Below, piece by piece: positions 19,603-29,579 of a stretch of 64,000 nt of DNA. Position 1 is the stretch's first letter. The number at the start of each line of letters is the position of its first letter. The translations under genes and the position numbers were made by a program. Source of the stretch: Bacilli bacterium (GTDB taxonomy: Bacteria > Bacillota_I > Bacilli_A > ML615J-28 > CAG-698); contig JAFSVH010000057.1 in NCBI GenBank assembly GCA_017450215.1, forward strand, positions 11,154 through 75,153, written 5' to 3'. The notes beneath the pieces were generated by a model. The model worked only from the letters and a program-made list of their open reading frames with translations, had not been told where the DNA came from and did not search any database.

Positions 19603-22239
19603 ATGAAAAAATACGTTTACTTATTTACAGAAGGAAACGCTAAAATGCGTGAATTATTAGGTGGTAAAGGTGCTAATCTTGCTGAAATGACAAACATTGG
19701 CTTACCTGTTCCTCAAGGTTTTACTATCTCAACTGAAGCTTGTACTCAATATTATGAAGACGGAAGAAAGATTAATGATGATATTCAAGCTGAAATTATG
19801 ACTTATGTTGCAAAACTTGAAGAAATCACAGGCAAGAAGTTTGGTGATAAAGAAAATCCATTACTTGTTTCAGTTAGAAGTGGTGCTAGAGCATCAATGC
19901 CAGGTATGATGGATACAATTCTTAATTTAGGTTTAAATGAAGAAGTTGTTGAAGTATTGGCTAAAAGAAGTGGAAATGCTAGATGGGCATACGACTGCTA
20001 TAGAAGATTTATCCAAATGTTCTCTGATGTTGTTATGGAAGTTTCAAAGAAGGAATTTGAAGCATTAATTGATATAAAGAAGGAAGAAAAAGGCGTTAAG
20101 CAAGATGTTGAACTTACTGCTGAAGATTTAAAGGATTTAGCTAATCAATTTAAAACTAAATATAAAGCTGCTTTAGGTAAAGATTTCCCAAGCGATCCAA
20201 AGGAACAATTATTTGAAGCTATTAAAGCAGTATTTAGAAGTTGGGATAACCCAAGAGCTAACGTTTATAGAAGAGATCATGATATTCCTTATTCTTGGGG
20301 TACTGCTGTAAATGTACAAATGATGGCATTCGGTAATATGGGTGATGATTGTGGAACTGGTGTTGCTTTCACAAGAAATCCTGCTACTGGTGAAAAAGGA
20401 TTAATGGGTGAATTCTTAATGAATGCACAAGGTGAAGACGTTGTTGCTGGTGTTAGAACACCTATGCCAATTTCTCAAATGGCTGAAGTATTACCTGAAG
20501 TTTATGAACAATTCCTAGATGTATGCAATATCTTAGAAAATCATTATAGAGATATGCAAGATATGGAATTCACAATTGAACGTAGAAAATTATATATGCT
20601 TCAAACAAGAAATGGTAAGAGAACAGCAGCTGCTGCAATCAGAATTGCTTGTGATTTAATCGATGAAGGAATGATTAGTGAAGAAGAAGCATTATTACAA
20701 ATTGATGCTAAATCTTTAGATATGTTATTACATCCAACATTTGATGTAAAAGCATTGAAGGATGCTGATAAATCTCATGTAGTTGGTACAGGTATTGCTG
20801 CTAGTCCTGGTGCTGCAAGTGGTACAGTTGTATTCACATCTGAAGAAGCTTGTGAATTAGGTAAATTAGGAAAGAAGGTTGTTCTTGTAAGATTAGAAAC
20901 TAGCCCAGAAGACATCGAAGGAATGAAGTATTCTCAAGGTATCTTAACAGTACGTGGTGGTCAAACATCTCATGCTGCTGTAGTAGCACGTGGTATGGGT
21001 ACTTGCTGTGTATCTGGATGTGGTGCAATTGAAATGCATGAAGAAGAAAAATGGTTCAAACTTGCTGGAAAGAAATTCGTTGAAGGAAGTGAAATTTCTT
21101 TAGATGGTTCTACTGGTAAAATCTATGATATAGCTATTAAGACAGTTCCAGCTGACCCTAATTCAGGTTATTTTGGACGTATAATGAAATTAGCTGATAA
21201 ATATAAAGCTATGGAAGTTAGAACTAATGCTGATACTCCAAAAGATGCTAAGAAAGCAGTTGAGCTTGGTGCTGAAGGTATTGGATTATGTAGAACAGAA
21301 CATATGTTCTTTGAACCAGATAGAATTGGTGCATTCAGAGAAATGATTTGCTCAGATACATTAGAAGCACGTGAAAAAGCTTTAGCTAAGATTCTTCCAA
21401 TGCAGCAAAAAGATTTCGAAGAATTATATAAAGCTTGTAAAGGCTATGCTGTAACTATTCGTTATTTGGATCCACCTCTACATGAATTCGTTCCTACAGT
21501 TGAAGAAGATATTAAGGAATTAGCAAAGGCATTAAATAAAGATGTTAGTGATGTTGTTGCCTTAATTGATTCATTACATGAATTTAATCCAATGATGGGC
21601 CATAGAGGTTTAAGATTAGCTGTAACTTATCCTGAAATTTGCAAGATGCAAACTAGAGCTGTTATTAGAGCTGCTTTAAATGTTAATAAAGAAATGGGTT
21701 GGAATATTGTTCCTGAAATTATGATTCCACTTTCAAGTGAAGTTAAAGAATTAGGATATGTTAAAAAAATCGTTGTTGAAACTGCTGATGAAGAAATTAA
21801 GAATGCAAATGCAAAACTTGAATATAAAGTTGGTACAATGATTGAAATTCCAAGAGCTGCTTTAACAGCTGATGAAATTGCTACACAAGCTGATTTCTTC
21901 TGCTTTGGAACTAACGATTTAACACAAATGACATTTGGATTCTCTAGAGATGACTCTGGTAAATTCTTAAATAGTTATTATGAAAAGAAAATTTTAGAAT
22001 TTGATCCATTTGCAAAATTAGACCAAGTAGGTGTTGGTAAATTAATGAAGATGGCTATTAAATTAGGTAAGCCAGTTAACCCTGCTTTACATGTTGGTAT
22101 TTGTGGAGAACACGGTGGAGATCCATCATCAATCGAATTCTGTCATGAAATTGGTTTAGATTATGTTTCATGCTCACCATATCGTGTTCCAATCGCAAGA
22201 TTATCTGCTGCACAAGCAAATATTAAAAATAAAAGATAA
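19603..22239 (+). CDS. ppdK: Pyruvate, phosphate dikinase
   Basis: 878 aa, with N-terminal GGKGANLAEM, the phospho-His region GGQTSHAAVVARGMG and a C-terminal PEP-utilising domain. Confidence 0.95.
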   Translation: MKKYVYLFTEGNAKMRELLGGKGANLAEMTNIGLPVPQGFTISTEACTQYYEDGRKINDDIQAEIMTYVAKLEEITGKKFGDKENPLLVSVRSGARASMPGMMDTILNLGLNEEVVEVLAKRSGNARWAYDCYRRFIQMFSDVVMEVSKKEFEALIDIKKEEKGVKQDVELTAEDLKDLANQFKTKYKAALGKDFPSDPKEQLFEAIKAVFRSWDNPRANVYRRDHDIPYSWGTAVNVQMMAFGNMGDDCGTGVAFTRNPATGEKGLMGEFLMNAQGEDVVAGVRTPMPISQMAEVLPEVYEQFLDVCNILENHYRDMQDMEFTIERRKLYMLQTRNGKRTAAAAIRIACDLIDEGMISEEEALLQIDAKSLDMLLHPTFDVKALKDADKSHVVGTGIAASPGAASGTVVFTSEEACELGKLGKKVVLVRLETSPEDIEGMKYSQGILTVRGGQTSHAAVVARGMGTCCVSGCGAIEMHEEEKWFKLAGKKFVEGSEISLDGSTGKIYDIAIKTVPADPNSGYFGRIMKLADKYKAMEVRTNADTPKDAKKAVELGAEGIGLCRTEHMFFEPDRIGAFREMICSDTLEAREKALAKILPMQQKDFEELYKACKGYAVTIRYLDPPLHEFVPTVEEDIKELAKALNKDVSDVVALIDSLHEFNPMMGHRGLRLAVTYPEICKMQTRAVIRAALNVNKEMGWNIVPEIMIPLSSEVKELGYVKKIVVETADEEIKNANAKLEYKVGTMIEIPRAALTADEIATQADFFCFGTNDLTQMTFGFSRDDSGKFLNSYYEKKILEFDPFAKLDQVGVGKLMKMAIKLGKPVNPALHVGICGEHGGDPSSIEFCHEIGLDYVSCSPYRVPIARLSAAQANIKNKR

Positions 22240-22265
22240 TTAAATTGATATGATAATTAAATTAT

Positions 22266-22299
22266 AAAGGTAATTTTGGCAATCAAAATTACCTTTTGT
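22266..22299 (+). terminator. Rho-independent terminator after ppdK
   Basis: AAAGGTAATTTTG-GCAATC-CAAAATTACCTTT followed by TTGT. Confidence 0.6.
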
Positions 22300-22316
22300 A
22301 AAATAAATTGATATAA

Positions 22317-23747
22317 ATGAGAATTATGAATAAAACTATGAATAAAACAAGAATTATATTAATAAGCTTATGCTTATTATCTTTACTCCTCTTTTTAACA
22401 TGCTGTGGTGAAAAGATTGTAGTTCATGAGCATGAATTTGAAGATGAAATATCTTATGATGATAATTATCATTTCTATAAATCTACTTGTGGTCATGATG
22501 TGACAAGCACAAAAGAAGCACATTTATTTGGTGAAGAAAGAATCATAAGAGCTGCTACATCAACTCAAAATGGCTTAAAGGAAAAAGAATGTAGTGTTTG
22601 TGGATACAAAGTACAAGAAGATGTTATTTATCAGGGAAAGCAATTCTCATCTAGTTGGGATTATGATAGTGAATATCATTATCACAAAGATTTATATAGC
22701 GAAGCAAAAACTGATAATGCACCTCATGATTTTAGTGATTGGATTACCTTGAGTGTTGCTACAGTTTATCAAGAAGGATTAAAATATAGAGAATGTAGTG
22801 TATGTGGATATAAACAAGAAGAGGTGGAAAATATGTCAAATGTGAAAAAAATACCTAGATTACAAAAAGGTGATACAATTGCGTTAATAGCACCAGCTTC
22901 ACCTGGATCTTCATCTAGTGCAAGTAGTACTAAATCTGCACTTGAAGCTAAGGGCTTTAAGGTAAAAGTATATCCTTCTGTTACTCAAGGAAGCTCTTAT
23001 CCTGTTTCTTATTTAGCTTTAAGTGATGAAGTAAGAGCAAAAGAAATTAATGACTGCTTTAAGGATCCTACAATCAAAGGTATTGTTTGCCTAAGAGGTG
23101 GCTATGGTAGTAGTAGAACATTAGATTTATTAGATTATGATGCAATTAGAGAAAATCCTAAATTCTTTACAGGATATTCTGATATTACTGCTTTAATTAA
23201 TTCATTCTATTACAAGAGTGGAATAATTTCTTATCAAGGATTTATGGGTTCTAATATTACAAGTAGTAATACAATAACAGCAAATGATATTGATGATGTT
23301 TTATTCAATAGTCAAGAAGGAAAAGAATTTAAATATGGTAAATATATATCTAAAAGCAATGATACTGTACAAGGTACATTGATTGGTGGTAATTTATCAT
23401 TATTTGTTCATTTATTAGGAAGTGAATATTTGCCAAATTGTAAAGATAAAATTATCTTTTTAGAAGATACTGGTGAAAGTACTTATGCACTTGATAGAAT
23501 GATAACTAAACTGCGCTTATTCCATGTCTTTGATGAATGCAAAGGTGTTGTTTTAGGTTATTTCACGAATGCAAGTGAAAAGACAGAAATTCAAAATATG
23601 TTAAAGAGGGAATTTGGAAATATGAATATACCTATATTAAGTGGATTCCCATCTGGTCATGAATCACCATTTGTTAGTTTACCAATTGGTGCTTTAGTTG
23701 AGTTATCTCCAAACGGACTTAAGATTTTAGAGGATGTGTTTGAATAA
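22317..23747 (+). CDS. Lipoprotein with two Cys-rich repeats fused to an LD-carboxypeptidase (peptidase S66, LdcA-like) domain
   Basis: Lipobox LTCCGEK. Two repeats of about 60 aa each end in ECSVCGYK. The C-terminal half carries the S66 motifs IALIAPASPG and GYSDITALI. Confidence 0.65.
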   Translation: MRIMNKTMNKTRIILISLCLLSLLLFLTCCGEKIVVHEHEFEDEISYDDNYHFYKSTCGHDVTSTKEAHLFGEERIIRAATSTQNGLKEKECSVCGYKVQEDVIYQGKQFSSSWDYDSEYHYHKDLYSEAKTDNAPHDFSDWITLSVATVYQEGLKYRECSVCGYKQEEVENMSNVKKIPRLQKGDTIALIAPASPGSSSSASSTKSALEAKGFKVKVYPSVTQGSSYPVSYLALSDEVRAKEINDCFKDPTIKGIVCLRGGYGSSRTLDLLDYDAIRENPKFFTGYSDITALINSFYYKSGIISYQGFMGSNITSSNTITANDIDDVLFNSQEGKEFKYGKYISKSNDTVQGTLIGGNLSLFVHLLGSEYLPNCKDKIIFLEDTGESTYALDRMITKLRLFHVFDECKGVVLGYFTNASEKTEIQNMLKREFGNMNIPILSGFPSGHESPFVSLPIGALVELSPNGLKILEDVFE

Positions 23748-23756
23748 TAAAAATGC

Positions 23757-23807
23757 TTATATTTTTCCAGGAGCAAAGAAATTTCCTTCATTTGGAAAAA
23801 TATAAGC
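23757..23807. repeat. 51-bp perfect direct repeat, copy 1, containing an internal hairpin
   Basis: TTATATTTTTCCAGGAGCAAAGAAATTTCCTTCATTTGGAAAAATATAAGC, identical to 25421..25471. Inside it the inverted repeat ATATTTTTCCA / TGGAAAAATAT forms a hairpin. Confidence 0.85.
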
Positions 23808-23906
23808 ACTTTTTTTGTTGATTTGTGAAACATCATATGGTATAATTTTCCATGTAGAGGAAATTTTTCTTTCTGTGGAAAAAAATAACTATATATGGAG
23901 GTTAAT

Positions 23907-25379
23907 ATGAATACTAATTTAAAGAATATAGTTGTGAATAGAGAAAAAGAGATTGAAGAACTTGAAAGAAGATATAATAGTGATAGACCTGAATTCGTAG
24001 CAGTATATGGAAGAAGAAGAGTAGGTAAAACATTTTTGATCGATTCTGTGTTTAATGGTAGATTTACTTTTAAGCATGCTGGATTATCACCAATCTCAGG
24101 TAATCAAAAGAAAATGGAAGGTAAAATGAAGGAACAACTTAAACATTTCTATAATTCATTATTAATTCATGGAATGAAACCTTCAAAATATCCTACTTCT
24201 TGGTTAGAAGCTTTTTATATGCTTGAATTGTTTTTAGAAGAAAGAGAGAATGATAATAAGCTTGTGATATTTATTGATGAGATACAATGGATGGACACAC
24301 CTAAATCTGATTTTATGAGTGGACTTGAAGCTTTTTGGAATAATTGGGTTTGTTATTCTCATAATGTATTATTAATTGTATGTGGAAGTTCTACATCTTG
24401 GATATTGGACAAGTTAATAAATAATTATGGTGGTTTATATAATAGATTGACATGTCAAATTAAATTGGAGCAATTCAATCTTGCTGAATGCGAAAAATTT
24501 TTGAATTATAATAATGTTAATATGTCTAGATATGATATAGCTACTACATATATGGTTTTAGGGGGAATACCTTACTATTTAGAAAAAATTAATAGGGAAA
24601 AAAGCCTTGGCCAAAATATTGATGATTTATTCTTCAATAAAGGTGCAGTATTAGAAAATGAATTCGAAAGATTATTCTCATCAATATTTACAAATGCTAG
24701 TACAATTATTAAAGTTGTAAAAGCAATAAATTCTAAAAGAATAGGTTTGAGTAGAAGTGAAATTATTGATTATACAGGAATAGAATCAAGTGGAGAACTT
24801 TCATCAATTTTGAAAGCACTCGAAAATGGTGATTTTATTATTAAATACAAGCCATTTGGTGGATCAAAGAATATGCTTTATAAATTAATAGATCCATTCT
24901 GCTTATTTTATTTGAGTTTTGTAGATAATAAATCCATCGCTTCAACAAATTTCTGGATGAATAATATAGATTCTCAAAGAACAGTTGTATGGAAGGGTTT
25001 GGCTTATGAAAATGTATGCTTTAATCATATTAATCAAATAAAGAAATCTTTGGAAATATTGGGTGTTTCATCAAATAATTATATGTGGTCTAAAAAAGGA
25101 GACATTGATAGTGAGGGAACACAAATTGATTTGATTATCGATAGAAAAGATAATGTTGTTAATATGTGCGAAATTAAATTTTATCAAGATGATTTTCTAA
25201 TTGATAAAGATTATCATCTTAATATAGTTAGAAAAGCAAGGGTTTTAAAAGAAAATATAGGAAAAAAGAGAACATCAATTATTCCTATACTTATTACAAC
25301 ATTTGGAATTAAGAATAACGAATATAGATTTGATTTTAATAAGGTAATAACATTGGATGATTTATTTAAAGAAGTATAA
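23907..25379 (+). CDS. Orphan AAA/STAND-type ATPase (Arch_ATPase-like N-terminus plus DUF234-like C-terminus)
   Basis: Walker A YGRRRVGKTF and Walker B LVIFIDEIQW. A GGAGG RBS precedes the ATG at 23907. Confidence 0.65.
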   Translation: MNTNLKNIVVNREKEIEELERRYNSDRPEFVAVYGRRRVGKTFLIDSVFNGRFTFKHAGLSPISGNQKKMEGKMKEQLKHFYNSLLIHGMKPSKYPTSWLEAFYMLELFLEERENDNKLVIFIDEIQWMDTPKSDFMSGLEAFWNNWVCYSHNVLLIVCGSSTSWILDKLINNYGGLYNRLTCQIKLEQFNLAECEKFLNYNNVNMSRYDIATTYMVLGGIPYYLEKINREKSLGQNIDDLFFNKGAVLENEFERLFSSIFTNASTIIKVVKAINSKRIGLSRSEIIDYTGIESSGELSSILKALENGDFIIKYKPFGGSKNMLYKLIDPFCLFYLSFVDNKSIASTNFWMNNIDSQRTVVWKGLAYENVCFNHINQIKKSLEILGVSSNNYMWSKKGDIDSEGTQIDLIIDRKDNVVNMCEIKFYQDDFLIDKDYHLNIVRKARVLKENIGKKRTSIIPILITTFGIKNNEYRFDFNKVITLDDLFKEV

Positions 25380-25420
25380 TATATCTTAAATTGTTTATAC
25401 ATTTTTGAAAGAAAAGTTAT

Positions 25421-25471
25421 TTATATTTTTCCAGGAGCAAAGAAATTTCCTTCATTTGGAAAAATATAAGC
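25421..25471. repeat. 51-bp perfect direct repeat, copy 2
   Basis: Identical to 23757..23807. Confidence 0.85.
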
Positions 25472-25574
25472 TCTTTTCAACTTATATTTTTTATTATTGA
25501 AATAATGACATAATTTAGTATAATGTAATAAATGAATATTACATTTGTTAATAAGAAAGGTAAAATAGTTAATT

Positions 25575-26252
25575 ATGGATGAAGTAAAAATAATAGAAAT
25601 TAAAAAAAGTGTTTTTAGTGAAAACGAAATTAAAGCAGATGAATTAAGAGAAATATTAAAGAAGAAAAAAACTTTTTTACTTAATCTAATGTCTTCACCT
25701 GGTGCAGGTAAGACTACTACATTAATTAAACTTATTAACACAATAAAAGAGAAGTCAGCTTATAAAGTTGTAGTTATGGAAGCTGATATTGATTCTGATG
25801 TTGATGCTAAAAAGATAAAAGAAGGTGCAGGAATTGAGGCTATTCAACTTCATACTGGTGGAATGTGCCATTTAGATGCTGAAATGACAAAGCAAGGGCT
25901 TGACAATATTGATTGTGAAGATGCTGACTTAGTCATTTTAGAAAATGTTGGTAATTTAGTTTGTCCTGCAGAATTTGATACCGGTGCACATTTGTGTGCG
26001 ATGATTTTATCAGTTCCAGAAGGTCATGATAAACCACTTAAATATCCATTAATGTTTGAAATATGTGATTTAGTAATTATTAATAAGATTGATTGCTTGC
26101 CATTCTTTGATTTTAACATGGCAAAATGTGAAGAATATGTTCATTTCAGAAATGAAAATGCAAAAATAATTCCAATCTGTGCTAAGACTGGTGAGGGTGT
26201 TGATGTTCTTGCTGAGTATTTGATTGGTAAATTAGAAGAGTTTAAAAATTGA
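25575..26252 (+). CDS. hypB: Hydrogenase/urease nickel-incorporation GTPase HypB
   Basis: P-loop SPGAGKTTT, GGMCHLDA and ENVGNLVCPAEFD match the HypB CH and G-domain motifs. Confidence 0.85.
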   Translation: MDEVKIIEIKKSVFSENEIKADELREILKKKKTFLLNLMSSPGAGKTTTLIKLINTIKEKSAYKVVVMEADIDSDVDAKKIKEGAGIEAIQLHTGGMCHLDAEMTKQGLDNIDCEDADLVILENVGNLVCPAEFDTGAHLCAMILSVPEGHDKPLKYPLMFEICDLVIINKIDCLPFFDFNMAKCEEYVHFRNENAKIIPICAKTGEGVDVLAEYLIGKLEEFKN

Positions 26253-26286
26253 ATAATTTAAATAAATATACTAATAGGAGAAAACT

Positions 26287-29178
26287 ATGTCAGAACAAAA
26301 TAAAAACATTAAAAGTGTATATCAAGGTGAAGAAGTAAAGACTCCTTTTGATGAAAAGCTTTTAAAACTTGCTAGGAAGATTACAGATAATGTAAAAGTA
26401 AAATTAAGAGGTGTTAATACTAATGATCCTGAATATTGGGGATTAAAAGAGATGATTACTGAAGAGATGACAGATATTTTACTTACTATGAAAGTAAGAA
26501 AATTCTATTCATTAGAAGAATTAATCAAGATGAATCCTAAATATTCACCAATTGATGTTGAACGTATATTAGAAGAAGGTGCTTATGCTGGTATTATTGA
26601 ATATGATTATGGCGATAATTATGATGATAATGGTCCTATTAAGGATGCACCAAAGATTAAACGTTATCGTTTGTCTTTCTTTGTTCCAGGTAGTGCAGAA
26701 TTATTCAATTCAAGAAAAGAGACAATTGATGCTAAGCCTGCTGTTGCTTCATTCTTTGAACGTATGACATTTTTACCACTTGAAGATGTTACTCCTATGG
26801 TACGTCCTGGTGGTGATGGTATTGGTATGCATGTTATTCCTGTTGAAAAAGCAATTGAACAAGAAAATGAAGCAATCAATTTAGAAAAGATTTCTTATTG
26901 GCTAAAGAAATACGATGGTCATATTTCTGCTGGTATTTGTTCATGTAGATATTCAAGAGCTGCCTTAGGTGAAGCATGTACTGATGATGTTGAAGATTGG
27001 TGTGTTCAAGTTGGTGATATGGCTGATTATACAGTTGAAACTGGAAGAGCTCATTATATTACTAAAGAAGAAGCACTTGAAATCATGAAAAAAGCTGAAC
27101 AAAATGGTTATGTTCATCAAATTACTAATATTGATGGTAAAAATAAGATATTCGATATTTGTAATTGTAATGTAAAGATTTGTAATGCTTTAAGAACATC
27201 TTTATTATTTAATACACCTAATCTATCAAGAAGTGCTTATACAGCTAAAGTTGATAAAGAAAAATGTGTTGCCTGTGGATATTGTGTTGAATCTTGTCCA
27301 TCTGGTGCAGTTAAATTAGGTCAAAAATTATGTCATAAAGATGGCAGTGAATTCAAATATGAAGTTTCTATTTTACCAGATAAAATTAAATGGGGTAAAT
27401 ATGCATGGGATGAGAATTATCGAGATACGATGAGAAAGAGTGAAACATATTCAACTGGTACATCACCTTGTAAGACTGCATGTCCAGCTCATGTTCCAGT
27501 TCAAGCATATTTAAAGAAAGCAAATTTAGGTGAATATGATGAAGCACTTGCTTTAATCAAGAAAGAAAATCCTTTCCCAAGTGTTTGTGGAAGAGTATGT
27601 AATAAACGATGTGAAGAAGCTTGTACAAGAGGTACAATTGATCAAGCAGTTGCTATTGATGCTGTAAAGAAGTTTGTTGCTGATAGAGAACTAAAGAAAG
27701 AAAATAGATATATTCCAGAAAAGATAATTGAACGTGTAAATGGAGATTTTTCTGAATATAAAATTGCTATTATTGGAGCTGGTCCAGCTGGTTTAAGCTG
27801 TGCTTATTATTTAGCTTTAGCTGGATATAAGCCTACAGTATTCGAAAAGAATGAGAAACCTGGTGGAATGTTAATGTATGGTATTCCATCATATAAATTA
27901 GAAAAAGATGTAATTGATGCTGAAATTGATGTAATCAAGGAATTAGGCGTTGAAATAAAGTGTGGAGTTGAAGTTGGTAAGGATATTACAATTGAAGATT
28001 TGAAGAAAGAAGGCTATAAAGCATTCTATATTGCTATTGGTTGCCAAGGTGGTAGACGTCCTAATGTTAGTCATGATGATGCAGAAGGTACATATATTGC
28101 TGTTGATTATTTGAAGGAAGTAATTGAGAATAAAGATGGCTTAGAATATGATGGCAATGTAGTAGTTATTGGTGGTGGTAATGTTGCTATTGACTGTGCA
28201 AGAAGTGCATCTAGATTAAATGGTAAAGTTACTATGGTTTCATTAGAAACTAAAGAAACAATGCCTGCATCACTTGACGAAATCAAGGAAGCTGAAAAGG
28301 AAGAAGTTCATATTCTTAATAGTTATGGACCAAAAGAAGTATTGGTTGATGAAGACAATAAAGTTATTGGTATTGTTTTAAAGAGATGCTTACAAACAAT
28401 TGATGAAAATGGTAAATTTAATCCTTTCTATGATGAAAATGATACAATCACTATTGATTGCGAAAGAATCATTTTTGCTATTGGTCAAACAATCGTTTGG
28501 GGTGATTTATTAAAAGGAACGAATGTTAAGTTTTGGCATGGATCTTATCCTGTAGCTGATAAAGTAAGTTATCAAACAGATGATCCTGATATCTTTGTTG
28601 GTGGTGATGTTTATACAGGTCCTAAATTTGTTATTGATGCTATTGCAGCAGGTCATAATGTGAGTGAAGCTATTAGACGTCATGTAAGAGAAGCTAATAT
28701 GACAATTGGTTATGCTAAACGTCAATTTACACCACTTGATACTAAAGACATTAGTGTTGTAAGCTATGATAACGCCAAACGCCAAATTGAAGGAATGGAT
28801 GAAAGCATTAATTACAAAGGTTCATTTAAAGATGCTCATCTAACATTCACTGAAGAGCAAGTTAAGAAAGAGACAAGCCGTTGCTTATCTTGTGGTGCTT
28901 CTTTTGTTGATTATAATAAATGTATAGGTTGTGGTATTTGTGTAACTAGATGTAAATTTGATGCTATTCATTTGCATAGAGATCATCCTGAAATGTCAGA
29001 TTTAAGACCTGCTGAAAACAAGGTTGGTGGCTTATTGAGTTATGCTTTGAAACGTGGAATCAAGATTATTTTCAATGCTGGAAGTAAAGATGCATGTAAG
29101 ATGAGATTAAAGAGAAAAGAATTCAAGAAAGTATATAAACAATCTGAAAATAAGCATACTGGTAATGCTATTTTATAA
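26287..29178 (+). CDS. Large FeS flavoprotein oxidoreductase (GltD/DPD-like, YgfK/AegA-type architecture)
   Basis: N-terminal Cys-rich domain (about 330 aa). GltD-type FeS region SPCKTACPAHVPVQAYL ... NPFPSVCGRVC. Two Rossmann motifs, KIAIIGAGPAGL and VVVIGGGNVAIDCARSA. Two 4Fe-4S ferredoxin motifs, CVACGYCVESCP and CIGCGICVTRC. Confidence 0.65.
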   Translation: MSEQNKNIKSVYQGEEVKTPFDEKLLKLARKITDNVKVKLRGVNTNDPEYWGLKEMITEEMTDILLTMKVRKFYSLEELIKMNPKYSPIDVERILEEGAYAGIIEYDYGDNYDDNGPIKDAPKIKRYRLSFFVPGSAELFNSRKETIDAKPAVASFFERMTFLPLEDVTPMVRPGGDGIGMHVIPVEKAIEQENEAINLEKISYWLKKYDGHISAGICSCRYSRAALGEACTDDVEDWCVQVGDMADYTVETGRAHYITKEEALEIMKKAEQNGYVHQITNIDGKNKIFDICNCNVKICNALRTSLLFNTPNLSRSAYTAKVDKEKCVACGYCVESCPSGAVKLGQKLCHKDGSEFKYEVSILPDKIKWGKYAWDENYRDTMRKSETYSTGTSPCKTACPAHVPVQAYLKKANLGEYDEALALIKKENPFPSVCGRVCNKRCEEACTRGTIDQAVAIDAVKKFVADRELKKENRYIPEKIIERVNGDFSEYKIAIIGAGPAGLSCAYYLALAGYKPTVFEKNEKPGGMLMYGIPSYKLEKDVIDAEIDVIKELGVEIKCGVEVGKDITIEDLKKEGYKAFYIAIGCQGGRRPNVSHDDAEGTYIAVDYLKEVIENKDGLEYDGNVVVIGGGNVAIDCARSASRLNGKVTMVSLETKETMPASLDEIKEAEKEEVHILNSYGPKEVLVDEDNKVIGIVLKRCLQTIDENGKFNPFYDENDTITIDCERIIFAIGQTIVWGDLLKGTNVKFWHGSYPVADKVSYQTDDPDIFVGGDVYTGPKFVIDAIAAGHNVSEAIRRHVREANMTIGYAKRQFTPLDTKDISVVSYDNAKRQIEGMDESINYKGSFKDAHLTFTEEQVKKETSRCLSCGASFVDYNKCIGCGICVTRCKFDAIHLHRDHPEMSDLRPAENKVGGLLSYALKRGIKIIFNAGSKDACKMRLKRKEFKKVYKQSENKHTGNAIL

Positions 29179-29180
29179 TT

Positions 29181-29522
29181 ATGCATGAATTAGGTATTGT
29201 TTTCTATGTTGTTGATGAAATAGAAAAAGTAGCTAAGGAAAAGGGTGCAACTAAAGTACTAGGTGCAACCTTAGAACTCGGTGAAGTTTCATCAGTAATT
29301 CCATCATATTTTATGGAATTGTGGGAATGGACAATTAAAAAACATGAGATGTTAGTTGATTGTAAGCTTGATTTAGTTACTATGAAGGCTATTTCTTATT
29401 GCACTGAATGTAAAAAAACATATGGCACTGTTGAATTTGGGAAGACATGCCCAAATTGTGGGAGTGTTAAGACTTATCTAGTGACAGGTAATCAAATTAA
29501 TTTAAAGAATATAAAAGTATAA
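29181..29522 (+). CDS. hypA: Nickel-insertion metallochaperone HypA
   Basis: MHELGIVF N-terminus with the MHE Ni-binding motif, and a zinc site CTEC...CPNCG. Confidence 0.8.
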   Translation: MHELGIVFYVVDEIEKVAKEKGATKVLGATLELGEVSSVIPSYFMELWEWTIKKHEMLVDCKLDLVTMKAISYCTECKKTYGTVEFGKTCPNCGSVKTYLVTGNQINLKNIKV

Positions 29523-29579
29523 TGAAAAATGCATCTCAAGATTTAATTTTGAGATGCTTTATAAACAAGTGAGGAAAAT

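Noticed and set aside
25421-25741. 106-aa minus-strand ORF overlapping the hypB start and the 51-bp repeat
   Set aside because: It overlaps a well-supported HypB gene on the opposite strand and starts inside the repeat hairpin, and its product is low-complexity, so it is considered spurious.
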